A stretch of 64,000 bases of DNA from Lentisphaeria bacterium UBA5247 (GTDB lineage Bacteria; Verrucomicrobiota; Lentisphaeria; Victivallales; Victivallaceae): NCBI GenBank assembly GCA_002408885.1, contig DHTZ01000029.1, forward strand, positions 2,041 to 66,040. The letters run 5' to 3'. A model generated the notes under the pieces. The model was not told where the DNA came from. It made no database searches and saw only the letters and a program-made list of their open reading frames with translations. Position 1 is the stretch's first letter. Each line of letters opens with the position of its first letter. This document shows, one piece after another, positions 28,541-37,620 of the stretch. Made by a program: the position numbers and the translations under genes.

Positions 28541-29434
28541 ATGTATCGGAAGATGATATGGTTATTCGCATGTTGCCTGGGGCTGGCGCTGCAAGCCGCC
28601 GACCCCGGCATCGAGCCGCGCCGAAAAATCCGGCAGGCGATCGAAAACCCGGCGACCGCGCAAACCGCGGCCGAAACAGCCTTGACGGATGCCGACCCCG
28701 CCATTCGGCTCTACGGCTTGTACCACTACACCCGGATTCATGGCGAAAAAGCCCTGCCGAAATTGTTCGCCATGTCGATGGACAAAGACCCGTCCGTCAT
28801 CAATTTCCTGACGATGTTCGCAGCCTCGGCGCAAGACCGGGAAGCAGGGCAGGCGCTGCTGCTCGAAATCATGAATAAAAATCCGAATCACACCTTGCGC
28901 CGGATGGCCGCGCGCTATGCCTCCACGTTCAAATTCCACAAAGTCACCAAACGGCGGAAATTCGATCCCCAGTGGGATTATGAACTGCGCCCTGTTCAGA
29001 CAATCGATCTGCCGTTGACCGGCTGGCGCTTTACAACGGACCCGCTGGTCAACGGTCATGAAAACGGATTTTACGAAATCAGTTTCGATGACTCGGCATG
29101 GAAACTGTTGAAAATCGGCGGCTGGAACAAACAGGGATTTCCGGATTATACCGGCATCGCCTGGTACCGGATCACCTTTACCCTGCCGGAGAAAATCGAC
29201 AGCAAAGCGGTGGAGCTCTATTTCCGGGGCGTGGACGAATGCGCCTGGGTCTGGCTGAACGGTGTTTACTGCGGACAGCATGACGAGGGCGCGGCGGGCT
29301 GGAACCGTCCTTTTTATCTGGACGTGACCGAGGAGATCAAATGGAACGCCGCAAACACGCTCGTCGTCCGGGTGGACAACAGCACGATGGACGGCGGCAT
29401 CTGGAAACCGGTCAGCATTGAAATTTTAAAATAG
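28541..29434 (+). CDS. secreted HEAT-repeat protein with GH2-N-type (galactose-binding-like) domain and no catalytic domain
   Basis: Signal peptide MYRKMIWLFACCLGLALQA. The C-terminal WYRITFTLPEK...VELYFRGVDECAWVWLNGVYCGQHDEG matches the GH2 sugar-binding domain pattern. Confidence 0.55.
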   Translation: MYRKMIWLFACCLGLALQAADPGIEPRRKIRQAIENPATAQTAAETALTDADPAIRLYGLYHYTRIHGEKALPKLFAMSMDKDPSVINFLTMFAASAQDREAGQALLLEIMNKNPNHTLRRMAARYASTFKFHKVTKRRKFDPQWDYELRPVQTIDLPLTGWRFTTDPLVNGHENGFYEISFDDSAWKLLKIGGWNKQGFPDYTGIAWYRITFTLPEKIDSKAVELYFRGVDECAWVWLNGVYCGQHDEGAAGWNRPFYLDVTEEIKWNAANTLVVRVDNSTMDGGIWKPVSIEILK

Positions 29435-29445
29435 GTTTGTGATTT

Positions 29446-31932
29446 ATGAAAAAGATTACGCTGTTTCTGAGCATTGCGGTATTGTGCTTCTGCATGGTTG
29501 CGGAAGAAGCCGCCTTTACGATGGATTTCAGCTACCGGAAAGGTTTTATCCGACTGGAAGAAAACCCTTTATTGCACATAAACATCAATAATCCCGGCAG
29601 ACAGGATGTTTCGGCTGAACTCACGCTGGCATATGCCGGTTTGAACGGCCTGAACCCCTTGAAGCTCAAGCTGACGCCGGGGCGCAATCTGGTAAAAGCC
29701 CGGTTGGAAACCCGTTTCAAACCGGGTTCTTATCCGCTGAAAGCCGTATTGAGCAGCGCCGCCGGGCAGCTTGCCGCTGCGGAAACCACGATCACCATTA
29801 CCGCGGAACAGGGGGATATCCTGCCGGTCATGATGTGGGGCGGCGGCAATTTGTCCGAACTCAAGCGGCTGGGTTTCACCCACTATCTGGTAATGGTCAA
29901 CATTCTGCTTGCGCGCAATCAAACCGCGGATGCCATCACCAACATCGACCGTGCGCTGTCCGAGAATATTTATTGTTTCGACCGTTTTTCCCTCGCGACG
30001 GAAAAGGAATTTCTGGAGAAATTCCAGCGCCGCGACCGCAACGGCAAACCCTACGAACGCCCGAATCTCGACGCTTCCAATCCGGAGGCCATCGAATGGA
30101 CCAGAAAACGGGCGGCGCGGGTCGGCGAGTTCCTGGCGGAGCATCCGGGGTTTGACGGCGCGCTGATCAACAGCGAAGTGCGTGACGGCACCCAGCCTTC
30201 GTTTACCGGTTTTGAAGAAGCGGAATTCCGCAAAGCGACCGGCGGCGCCGAAGTCCCGTCGCAGGTAAAGGGCTCGAACGGCGTGCCTTATTTCGGGCTG
30301 CCCGGTTTTCCCTCCTCGCGCATTGTACCGGACAATGATCCGCTGCTGGTTTATTACCAATGGTTCTGGAAGACGGGCGACGGCTGGAACCCGCTTCAGG
30401 GCATCCTCAGCGACACTTACCATGAATCGATCAAACGCCCCTTTCTGACCTTTTTCGACCCGGCGGTCCGGGTTCCCCCCGTCTGGGGAAGCGGTGGCAA
30501 AGTCGACGCCATCAACCACTGGACTTACACCAACCCGGACCCGCTGCGCATGGGGCTGGCCGCCGATGAAATGATCGCGATGGCCGACGGCGCCCCCGGG
30601 CAGAAGATCATGAAAATGACTCAGTTATTCTGGTACCGCGACCGTTCCGCGCCGGTTGCCATGAAGGTGGAAAACCCGCCGTCCTGGATTCAGGAGGAGC
30701 CGGACGCCAAATACATCACCATCTCTCCCGATCATCTGAAAATTGCCTTCTGGAACAAAATCGCCCGGCGGCTCGACGCGATTCTGTATCACGGTTCGCC
30801 CTCGCTGCTCAGCAAGTCAAAAAATGCCTACCGCTATACCAATCCGCATACCAAAGAAGCGTTGGCGGAGCTTTCCGCTTCGGTGATCAAACCACTGGGG
30901 CCGACGTTGAAACGGATTCCCGAACGGCAGGCGGACGTGGCGATTCTGCAGAGCTTTACCAATGCCATCTTTACCCAGAACAATCACAGTTACGGTTCCG
31001 CCCACGCCTTTACGTCGGATTTGCACATGGCGTTGCAGTGGAATCATTTTCAACCGGCTATCATTTACGACGAACACATTCTCCGGGGTGATCTCGCCAA
31101 ATACAAGGTCCTGTTCCTGCCGGGGGCCGAAGTATTGACTCAATCCGTGTTCGAGGCGATATTGGAATTTCAGCGCGGAGGCGGCATTGTTGTGGCGGAC
31201 GAGAAAATCGTTCCGGGAATTCTGCCGGATATCAGCATCAAATCGGTTCGCCGCTATACCGTCGCCGAACCCAGCAAAAAAGTATTTCAGAAGCTCGGAC
31301 AGCAGATCAAGCAAAAACTGGCGCCGTATTATCAATCGGATTTCGAGGCTTCCAATCAGGACCTGGTTGTGCGTACGCGCCGTTACAAAACAGCCGATTA
31401 TCTGTTCGTCCTGAACGACAAGCGGGCGTATGGCGATTACGTGGGTCAATACCGTCGTGTTCTGGAAAACGGCGTGCCGAATGCCGGAACCGTCACCCTG
31501 CGACGCAAAGCCGGGGCGATTTACGACCTTGTCAAACATCAGGCAGTCGATTTCCAAGCATTGCCGGACCGCTGTGAAATCCCGGTATCGCTGGATGCCG
31601 GCGGCGGCATGATCCTGCTTGTCCTCGATGAACCGTTGGCGAAAATCGAATTGAACGCCCCCGGCACCGCAAAGCCCGGAGAACCGTTTAGCGCCGACAT
31701 CCGGATTACCACGGCAGACGGCAATGCGCCGGACGCCCTGATTCCCGTGGAGGCAACGCTGTTGAACACTCAACATGAACCGGTTGCCGGAAGCGGCTGG
31801 CATTGCGCCGCCGATGGGCGCGTGACGGTATCCTTTACGCCGTCCCTGAACGACGCCGCCGGGGAATGGCGATTGAATGTCAGGGACCTGGCCTCCGGCA
31901 ATACCGCTTCGGCGCTGATTCAGGTGAAGTGA
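29446..31932 (+). CDS. secreted 828-aa protein, GH42-architecture-like, paralog of 49784..52201
   Basis: Signal peptide present. Shares long blocks with the 815-aa ORF on the other strand: YYQWFWKTGDGWNPL vs YYKWFWTGGDGWAPL, and DLVVRTRRYKTADYLFVLNDKR vs DLVVRVRSYKEADYLFVINDKR. Confidence 0.5.
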   Translation: MKKITLFLSIAVLCFCMVAEEAAFTMDFSYRKGFIRLEENPLLHININNPGRQDVSAELTLAYAGLNGLNPLKLKLTPGRNLVKARLETRFKPGSYPLKAVLSSAAGQLAAAETTITITAEQGDILPVMMWGGGNLSELKRLGFTHYLVMVNILLARNQTADAITNIDRALSENIYCFDRFSLATEKEFLEKFQRRDRNGKPYERPNLDASNPEAIEWTRKRAARVGEFLAEHPGFDGALINSEVRDGTQPSFTGFEEAEFRKATGGAEVPSQVKGSNGVPYFGLPGFPSSRIVPDNDPLLVYYQWFWKTGDGWNPLQGILSDTYHESIKRPFLTFFDPAVRVPPVWGSGGKVDAINHWTYTNPDPLRMGLAADEMIAMADGAPGQKIMKMTQLFWYRDRSAPVAMKVENPPSWIQEEPDAKYITISPDHLKIAFWNKIARRLDAILYHGSPSLLSKSKNAYRYTNPHTKEALAELSASVIKPLGPTLKRIPERQADVAILQSFTNAIFTQNNHSYGSAHAFTSDLHMALQWNHFQPAIIYDEHILRGDLAKYKVLFLPGAEVLTQSVFEAILEFQRGGGIVVADEKIVPGILPDISIKSVRRYTVAEPSKKVFQKLGQQIKQKLAPYYQSDFEASNQDLVVRTRRYKTADYLFVLNDKRAYGDYVGQYRRVLENGVPNAGTVTLRRKAGAIYDLVKHQAVDFQALPDRCEIPVSLDAGGGMILLVLDEPLAKIELNAPGTAKPGEPFSADIRITTADGNAPDALIPVEATLLNTQHEPVAGSGWHCAADGRVTVSFTPSLNDAAGEWRLNVRDLASGNTASALIQVK

Positions 31933-31938
31933 CGCCGG

Positions 31939-32379
31939 TTATTTCGGGCGGACGGCCCGCAGGAATTCCTCCGCGCGGGTCTTGTTTCCTTCCGGGAACA
32001 GGAAATCGTACAGGTTGGCCATATGGCGGTTTTGGGTTACACTGAAGCCGAGAGCATCCAGTCGGATTTGAAAGCCTTCCCACGAATCAAAGAATTCAAG
32101 GTCGCCATTGGCAAGGTTTAATATGAATTGTGAATTGCCAAAGCCGTAAATATATGGATAATCGGCCCGGATTTCGAGGTATCCCGGACCGATGATTATG
32201 TTATTTTGCGGATCGACAATAACCATTTCATTGGGTGCATGCAAACGCCAGACATAACCGTGCGGCAATCGTATCCGGGTGTTTTCCAGGTATCGCCAAT
32301 AGACGAATGCCGTCAATACCGCGCAAAACAACACGATTAAAAACAACCATATATATTTCCCGGGATTCACAAACATCAC
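31939..32379 (-). CDS. small N-terminally anchored protein, last gene of the MoxR/VWA operon
   Basis: 146 aa. TM helix YIWLFLIVLFCAVLTAFVYW. 4-nt overlap with the upstream VWA gene. Confidence 0.5.
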   Translation of the reverse strand: MMFVNPGKYIWLFLIVLFCAVLTAFVYWRYLENTRIRLPHGYVWRLHAPNEMVIVDPQNNIIIGPGYLEIRADYPYIYGFGNSQFILNLANGDLEFFDSWEGFQIRLDALGFSVTQNRHMANLYDFLFPEGNKTRAEEFLRAVRPK

Positions 32380-33407
32380 GGCAGGCGCAGTTTGACGGTG
32401 TTGTTCAGGAGAAATCCCAGCAGCAGCAGCGCCAGCGCGATTCCGGCCAATACCGGGGCATACTCTTTGTAATCAATGAATTTCGGCTGTTCGATTCCCG
32501 TCTTTTCCATCTGGTTGATCTCCTCCATGACCTGCGCCAGTCCTTTGGCGTCATAGGCACGGTAGAATTGCCCGCCGGTAGCGGCGGCAATCTCCCGGAG
32601 AAGCGGTTCGTCATAGCTGTCCGGCACCGGCACCAGTTCGGTGCCGAACGGCGTCGACACCGGTACGATCGCCTGACTGCTGCCGATCCCCACCGTATAA
32701 ATGACGATGCCGGTTTCCTTGGCGACTTCCGCCGCCTGGCGCGGCGTAATCCGCGCATCGACGTTGTTCGCGCCGTCCGTAAACAGCACAATCACCCGCC
32801 GCTTGGAATTGCTGTCCTCAAGCCTGCTGACGCTGGAGGCAATCGGGCCGGCAATGCCGGTGGCGTCGCCGATCATGCCCGGCTGGAGTTTTTCAAGGTG
32901 TTGAACCAGCCATGCATGGTCCAGCGTCGGGGGGCTGATATTGTAGGGCAGTTGCGCGAAACCGGTCAGGCCGATACGGTCGGTCGGTCGCTTTTCCACG
33001 AATTTGATCAATTCCTGTTTGGCGGTTTCGAGGCGGTTCCTTAATTTGCCGCTGTTCAACGCCTGCTGGAACTGCGCTTTGGTGGCGATGTCCTGCGGCA
33101 GATCGATCGCCTGCATACTGCCGGAAAGGTCGATCGCCAGCATGATGTCAATCCCCTGCGCCTTGATCACCACCTGTTCGATTCCGATCCGGGGGCGGGC
33201 GGCGGCGGCGATCAGCAGGATCGCGCCGAGCACCATCAACCAGACCGGCAGGGTCATACCTCCGCCACGGTTCAGGCGGCTCGCCTCCGCCATCGGCTGG
33301 AGCGTGGAAATGCGGATGGACGGCTGCTTCTGGAAAAACATCAGGTACCAGACCAGCAACGCCAGCGGAAGAAGTAACAATAAAAGCCAGGGATATTCAA
33401 AAGTCAT
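32376..33407 (-). CDS. VWA-domain membrane protein (BatA-like)
   Basis: 343 aa. N- and C-terminal TM helices. MIDAS motif IMLAIDLSGSM. Confidence 0.8.
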   Translation of the reverse strand: MTFEYPWLLLLLLPLALLVWYLMFFQKQPSIRISTLQPMAEASRLNRGGGMTLPVWLMVLGAILLIAAAARPRIGIEQVVIKAQGIDIMLAIDLSGSMQAIDLPQDIATKAQFQQALNSGKLRNRLETAKQELIKFVEKRPTDRIGLTGFAQLPYNISPPTLDHAWLVQHLEKLQPGMIGDATGIAGPIASSVSRLEDSNSKRRVIVLFTDGANNVDARITPRQAAEVAKETGIVIYTVGIGSSQAIVPVSTPFGTELVPVPDSYDEPLLREIAAATGGQFYRAYDAKGLAQVMEEINQMEKTGIEQPKFIDYKEYAPVLAGIALALLLLGFLLNNTVKLRLP

Positions 33408-34372
33408 TTGCGGCCTCCCGGTTCATCGACGGGTTTGGTTTCATGGACAAGGGTTTCAGCCTTTTCAATGGCGGAATTCAACATTTGTTCATCCGGCGGC
33501 ATTTTGGCAAACTTGACCAGGTCCGCCGAGGTCATGAATTCGGACAGGAACGGGCGCTGCCGTTCGGGAAGGGGACCGTCGCCGCGGCTGAGTTCGGCCA
33601 TGAATTCAGGCGTGGTCTGGCGGGCTGCATGCAGACGGAAACGTTTTTCCAGATACACCCGGACGATGTCGGTCAGGCGCACCAGCCCGGTTTCCAGATT
33701 CAATTTGCCGCCGCGCAAATCATGATGCAGCACCGCGATATCCTGCAGGGCCTGCGTCCACGGCGGTATCACATGGGCGCGTTTGCGGCGCTTCAGCAAA
33801 ACGATCACCAAGGCGACAATCACCACGACCAGCGCAATGATGCCGTACAGAAACCAGCGCTCCCGTGAAGTCAATGACGGCGGTTCAACCGCTCCGGCAA
33901 CTTGCAGGTCCGGCGTGGCGACCGAAATTTCATTCACCTGACAGGAAGGAATCGTCTGGCTGACCGCCGCGTCCTTCCGGTGAACCTGATCGAAATCGAC
34001 CACCATTTTGCCGCCGCCGAGGATTCCGGTACGGTATGTTTTGAATTCAAACTCCACCTGCCACTCGCACCAGCCCCAGCGATAATGGGAAACCCGGATC
34101 GCCGGTTCGCCGATCTGCAACAACCCCTGAACCGGTTCAACCGCGGCGGAAACGATTTTGCGTCCCCACGGAACCCGGTAAGTGGAAGCGGCTTTGACGG
34201 TTCCGCCGAGCGCGACCGCGGACGGTTCCAGCGTCGGAGCGGAAAGGCTTTCCACCGGGTTCACACGTACCTGGCGCCAGGTGTACCAGCCCGCGGCGGC
34301 GGTCAGCACGATCAGGCCGATCACAGTCAGCAGGACAATCAGAATGATTTTTTTGATCAAAGGCCAGCTCAT
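33404..34372 (-). CDS. two-TM protein with DUF4381-like C-terminal domain
   Basis: 322 aa: TM, ~130-aa beta-rich region, TM, then an RRKR segment and a helical domain ending ...DLVKFAKMPP, as in DUF4381 proteins of Bat-type operons. Confidence 0.5.
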   Translation of the reverse strand: MSWPLIKKIILIVLLTVIGLIVLTAAAGWYTWRQVRVNPVESLSAPTLEPSAVALGGTVKAASTYRVPWGRKIVSAAVEPVQGLLQIGEPAIRVSHYRWGWCEWQVEFEFKTYRTGILGGGKMVVDFDQVHRKDAAVSQTIPSCQVNEISVATPDLQVAGAVEPPSLTSRERWFLYGIIALVVVIVALVIVLLKRRKRAHVIPPWTQALQDIAVLHHDLRGGKLNLETGLVRLTDIVRVYLEKRFRLHAARQTTPEFMAELSRGDGPLPERQRPFLSEFMTSADLVKFAKMPPDEQMLNSAIEKAETLVHETKPVDEPGGRK

Positions 34373-35244
34373 GCGGTCCTCCGTTTCCGGCGTTTGCCGA
34401 AGAATTTCATCAGGGATTTCACATAGTCGTCGCCGCAGCGGATATCCACAAGGTCAACCCGGGCGCGGTCGCAGCTTTTCTTCATGGCGTCGTGAAACGC
34501 CACCGATTTTTCGCTGAAACGCTTCTGACCTGCCTTGCTCAGGCTCACGATGCCGCCGCTCTCGGCGTCTTCCAGCACCACACCGGCAAGGGGGCGCCAC
34601 CGGACTTCCAACGGATCGAGAATCCGGATGGCGACCAGGTCGTGGCGACGGTTCACGATTCGCATGGATTTTTCGATATCGTCTTTGGCGATCAGGTCGC
34701 TGATCAGAAAGACCACGCTGCGTTTGTTCAGGACTTGCAGGGTTTCTTTCAGCGCGGCGTTGATATCGGTCCCGTTGCGGCCGGGCTTGAACGCCACCAG
34801 TTCGCGGATCAGCCGCAAAACATGCGAACGCCCGGAGCGCGGCGGCAGGTAGAGTTCCGTGGAATCGGAAAACATCAGCAAACCCACCCGGTCGTTGTTG
34901 CGGATGGCGCTGAACGCCAGCAGCGAAGCGATTTCAATGGCGTTCTGCCGTTTGGACTTGTCGCCGCTGCCGAACGCCCCCGAAGCGGAGACGTCCACCA
35001 CCAGCATCACGGTGAGCTCGCGTTCCTCCACGAATTTCTTGATATACGGCATCCCCATGCGCGCGGTGACGTTCCAGTCGATATCGCGGGCGTCATCCTC
35101 GGGCGTGTATTCACGGACTTCGTCGAATTCGATGCCGCGCCCCTTGAACATACTGTGGTAGGCGCCGCCGATCAATTCATCGACGATCCGGTTGGTGCGT
35201 ATCTCAATTTTTCGCACTTGTTTGATCAGTTCTGATGGCAGCAT
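34369..35244 (-). CDS. DUF58 domain protein (VWA-like, MoxR partner)
   Basis: 291 aa. FKGRGIEFDEVREYTPEDDARDIDW and LVVDVSASGAFGS motifs. Confidence 0.8.
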   Translation of the reverse strand: MLPSELIKQVRKIEIRTNRIVDELIGGAYHSMFKGRGIEFDEVREYTPEDDARDIDWNVTARMGMPYIKKFVEERELTVMLVVDVSASGAFGSGDKSKRQNAIEIASLLAFSAIRNNDRVGLLMFSDSTELYLPPRSGRSHVLRLIRELVAFKPGRNGTDINAALKETLQVLNKRSVVFLISDLIAKDDIEKSMRIVNRRHDLVAIRILDPLEVRWRPLAGVVLEDAESGGIVSLSKAGQKRFSEKSVAFHDAMKKSCDRARVDLVDIRCGDDYVKSLMKFFGKRRKRRTA

Positions 35245-35255
35245 GAGGAGCCTCC

Positions 35256-36278
35256 TTACGGTGTATGGAGCTCGTCCAGAATCATTTTGACAACCGCGTC
35301 GGAATCCATGTTTTCCGCCTCGGCCTCGTAGGAGATCATGACGCGGTGGCGGAGCACGTCCGGCGCGACATCCTTCACGTCCTGCGGGACCACATAGCCG
35401 CGCCCGGCCATGAACGCATATCCCTTGACCGCCAGAGCCAGCGAGATTGCCGCGCGCGGCGACGCGCCGACATCGATCAGGTTGGCCAGTTGGCCGAGCT
35501 TGGCATTGGACTGGCGGGCGGAAAGCTCCGCGTGCCGGGCAGGGCGGGTGGCGATGACGATATCGAGGATGTAATCGATGATTTTCTCATCCACATAAAC
35601 CTTGTCGAGCCATTTGCGGGCTTCGAGAATATTGTCGAGCGAGGTCACAGCCAGTGAATCGAGCTTGATCTCCGGATGCGCCATGCGGTCGATGATCATG
35701 CGTTCTTCGTCGCGCTTCGGGTAATCGATTTTGAGCTTGAACATGAAACGGTCCACCTGAGCTTCCGGCAGCGGATAGGTCCCTTCCTGTTCGATCGGGT
35801 TCTGGGTGGCCATGACCAGGAACGGATGCGGCATGGGATGGGTTTTGCCGGCGATGGTGGTCTGGCGTTCCTGCATGGCTTCCAGGAGAGCGCTCTGAAC
35901 CTTGGCGGGAGCGCGGTTGATTTCATCCGCAAGTACGACGTTGGCGAAAACCGGGCCGAGCTTGGTGGTGAATTCATGGGTGTCGGCATTATAAATCCGG
36001 GTGCCGATCACGTCCGCCGGAAGCAGGTCCGGCGTGAATTGGATACGGGAAAACGAACCTGAGATACTTTGGGCAAGCGTTTTAACGGCAAGCGTTTTCG
36101 CCAGCCCCGGGACGCCCTCGACCAATACGTGTCCGTCCGCGATCAAGGACAATATCAGGCGGTCCACCAGATATTGCTGCCCGACGACGGTCCGGCCGAT
36201 TTCAGTACGCAGCGGCCCGATGAATACGGATACTTCACGAATTTTGTTTTGCAGTTCCTGAATGTCTTGTTGTTGCAT
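35256..36278 (-). CDS. MoxR-family AAA+ ATPase
   Basis: 340 aa. Walker A VEGVPGLAKT, Walker B LADEINRA, and MoxR-type C-terminal region. Confidence 0.9.
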   Translation of the reverse strand: MQQQDIQELQNKIREVSVFIGPLRTEIGRTVVGQQYLVDRLILSLIADGHVLVEGVPGLAKTLAVKTLAQSISGSFSRIQFTPDLLPADVIGTRIYNADTHEFTTKLGPVFANVVLADEINRAPAKVQSALLEAMQERQTTIAGKTHPMPHPFLVMATQNPIEQEGTYPLPEAQVDRFMFKLKIDYPKRDEERMIIDRMAHPEIKLDSLAVTSLDNILEARKWLDKVYVDEKIIDYILDIVIATRPARHAELSARQSNAKLGQLANLIDVGASPRAAISLALAVKGYAFMAGRGYVVPQDVKDVAPDVLRHRVMISYEAEAENMDSDAVVKMILDELHTP

Positions 36279-36371
36279 AGTTACCTCTCTGTACTTTTCG
36301 TGTTATGCTGATTATAGACCCCCCTCTATCATAAAAGTTCAGTAAATTTGTGAATTGAATACAAATTTTTT

Positions 36372-36400
36372 TTGCAAACCCCCGCTCCACGATGTATACT
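36372..36400 (+). promoter_or_regulatory. candidate sigma70 promoter of the CPBP/ABC operon
   Basis: TTGCAA (36372-36377), 17-nt spacer, TATACT (36395-36400). This argues against the 36392 start codon. Confidence 0.4.
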
Positions 36401-36436
36401 GTAGCAAATATTGTTCGAAATACAATCCTGAGAATC

Positions 36437-37180
36437 ATGGAAAAAATCAATTTTGATATCGAAACCCGCTATCTGCCATATGCGGAAAATCTCAAGCGTG
36501 CTTTTTACGGCGGCGCCGGGGCGTTCCTCTTCTTTTTCGTGGCGCTGCCGCCCGCCGTGGTGATCCTGCTTCCGGGGCTGGCCGCGACTCCCTGGTTCGT
36601 GGCGGCCGTAAGTCTTTTTTCCCAATTGGGGCTGGGAGTGTCCACGCTTGCGTTTCTGTCCGGCGGCCGGAATCCGGCGGCCATGCTTGAGCTTAACGGC
36701 TGGAAAAATGAATACCTGAAAACCGGCGCCATGTGGGGCATCGTGATGCTCCTGATCGTCGCAGGCATACAAGGCTCGTTTGTACAGGTCGGGGAATGGT
36801 TCGGATTCGACATGAAGACGCCGGGCGCGATTGAACAGTTGATTCTCCGCATGGGGTGGGGCGGCGTCATATGGCTGGCGATCACCGCCATACTGGTGGC
36901 TCCGGTGGTGGAGGAAATCTTTTTCCGCCGGGTCATGTTCGGTTTCCTGGCAAACTGGTGTTCCTGGAAACCGGCGATGGTCATCACGTCGCTCGGGTTC
37001 GCCCTGATCCACGCCGATTTCAGGCAGCTGCCGGGGCTGTTTGTGCTGGGGATGGGGTTTCAATTGATCTGCCTGCGTTCCGGCTCGCTTTATCCGGCAA
37101 TCATCATGCACGCGGTTAACAATTTCATCGCCATGACGCTGTTGATCCTGGCGAAATATTTTCAGATCGGAGGCTTATGA
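36437..37180 (+). CDS. CPBP-family (CAAX/Abi) intramembrane glutamic endopeptidase
   Basis: Motifs VVEEIFFRRVMFG and IMHAVNNF. Multiple TM helices. Confidence 0.8.
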   Translation: MEKINFDIETRYLPYAENLKRAFYGGAGAFLFFFVALPPAVVILLPGLAATPWFVAAVSLFSQLGLGVSTLAFLSGGRNPAAMLELNGWKNEYLKTGAMWGIVMLLIVAGIQGSFVQVGEWFGFDMKTPGAIEQLILRMGWGGVIWLAITAILVAPVVEEIFFRRVMFGFLANWCSWKPAMVITSLGFALIHADFRQLPGLFVLGMGFQLICLRSGSLYPAIIMHAVNNFIAMTLLILAKYFQIGGL

Positions 37181-37620
37181 AACTGAGCAATACCTTGATG
37201 TCGCTGACGGTTTTCGCCATCCTGGCCCTGGGGCTCGGAGCCCGGTATTTTTTCGGCGAAGAGACCAACTGGAATCCGTTCAAAACCGAAATTAACGCGG
37301 CGGAACTGTTCAAGCCGCTGGCCGAGTTCATCGACCAGAGACGGCAGGAAAGCGGCAAATACCCGTCGGGACGGGATGTGAAAGATGTAGCCCGCATCAA
37401 AATCCCGTACATCATGGTTTATTATTCGATTCGTCCGGACGACTATCAAATCGCGTTCCGGGACAGCGAATACGCATGGATTTACGATTCGGCGTCGGAT
37501 ACGGTTTTCCGGCTGACGGATGATATTTCACAAACCGCATGGTACGATTATTCCGAGCAACTGCTGCTGAGCGAAAAAGAATTGAAACAACACGAAAACA
37601 CTGAGTATTACCGGCTATGA
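37177..37620 (+). CDS. small N-terminally anchored hypothetical protein
   Basis: 147 aa. ATGA overlaps with both neighbouring genes. TM helix LMSLTVFAILALGLGA. Confidence 0.5.
   Translation: MKLSNTLMSLTVFAILALGLGARYFFGEETNWNPFKTEINAAELFKPLAEFIDQRRQESGKYPSGRDVKDVARIKIPYIMVYYSIRPDDYQIAFRDSEYAWIYDSASDTVFRLTDDISQTAWYDYSEQLLLSEKELKQHENTEYYRL

Noticed and set aside
32376-36278. MoxR AAA+ and VWA proteins acting as CobS/CobT-like partners of the CobN-like protein.
   Set aside because: They lie 24 kb away in their own tightly coupled Bat-type operon with DUF58 and DUF4381-like genes. They are MoxR-class rather than CobS/BchI-class by motif pattern.
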